Shown here: positions 63,401 to 64,000 of the stretch, piece after piece
Layout: every line of letters starts with the position of its first letter
Position numbering within the stretch: the stretch's first letter is position 1
Assembly: GCF_963853765.1 (NCBI RefSeq)
Contig: NC_088855.1
Coordinates: 46,748,001 to 46,812,000, forward strand
DNA: 64,000 bases
Source: Magallana gigas
Lineage: Eukaryota
Reading direction: 5' to 3'
The notes under the pieces: generated by a model
Database searches by the model: none
What the model was told of the DNA's origin: nothing
What the model saw: only the letters and a program-made list of their open reading frames with translations
Translations under genes and position numbers: made by a program

Positions 63401-64000
63401 TTAAAGCAAACTATATGACCATGATCTAAATACGTTTGAATATTAAAAAAAAAACCCATTTCGTTGTGAAAGATTGATTGAGAGAAATTGGCGTTTTCAT
63501 CGAGCAACTCTTCGATTGACAAATATGGATGAGAATTAGAACAATAAATATTTTTTTACTGTGTTCGCTAAGCAAATGCAACACTTTTTGGGAGTTGATT
63601 TTAATCAACTCTCCTATGCAGTTACTCTGGCAAACCGAAAGTGAAACAGTGTTTGGACCAAGGCACAAATCATCACCGCTGACAAGATTTAGTTCTTAAA
63701 AATAATCGATAAATTCGATGTAATGTGTCTTGAAGCATTGGTTTTTAAGAAACTTATTTATGAATACCTTGAAAATAGTCAGATGTTAAATAGTACGAAC
63801 AATTTAGATATTTTTTTGCAGTCGTATGTATTCATACGCCAGAGTTCAATAAAGTCTTGTTTAAGCATCGGCTGTCTCCGTAAATCTCCGACAAGCAGAG
63901 AGTCATTCTATATTTAGAGGTCGCGTCATCAAGCCATCACGTGACCTTGTGTACACATCCTCTTGTTTGTTGGAGATTAACGGAGACAGCCGAGCATCTG

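Overview
AT-rich eukaryotic (animal) genomic DNA, most likely a bivalve/oyster, judged from Crassostrea-type Helentron non-autonomous elements carrying a 166-bp satellite. Five spliced protein-coding genes were assembled by hand from GT-AG junctions with consistent phases. They are the 5' end of DENND11/LCHN (-, runs off the window start), an unrecognised 5-exon 220-aa orphan with a hydrophobic N-terminus and cryptic cationic heptad repeats (+), a 904-aa DOK-family PH+PTB adaptor (+), a RAB22A/RAB31-family GTPase (-) and TBX20 (-). The 17-40 kb interval is gene-poor, with HINEs, MITEs, a foldback-like element and decayed coding-like tracts. The 49-64 kb interval is a gene desert upstream of TBX20 with regulatory-looking islands. 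No clearly new multi-gene system is demonstrable from sequence alone. The best leads are the orphan gene, a DOK PTB domain that has lost both canonical phosphotyrosine-binding arginines, an incipient dimeric higher-order repeat in a transposon-borne satellite, a nested-hairpin foldback element and a possible spliced transcript divergent from TBX20. Protein family calls rest on recalled similarity, not database searches.
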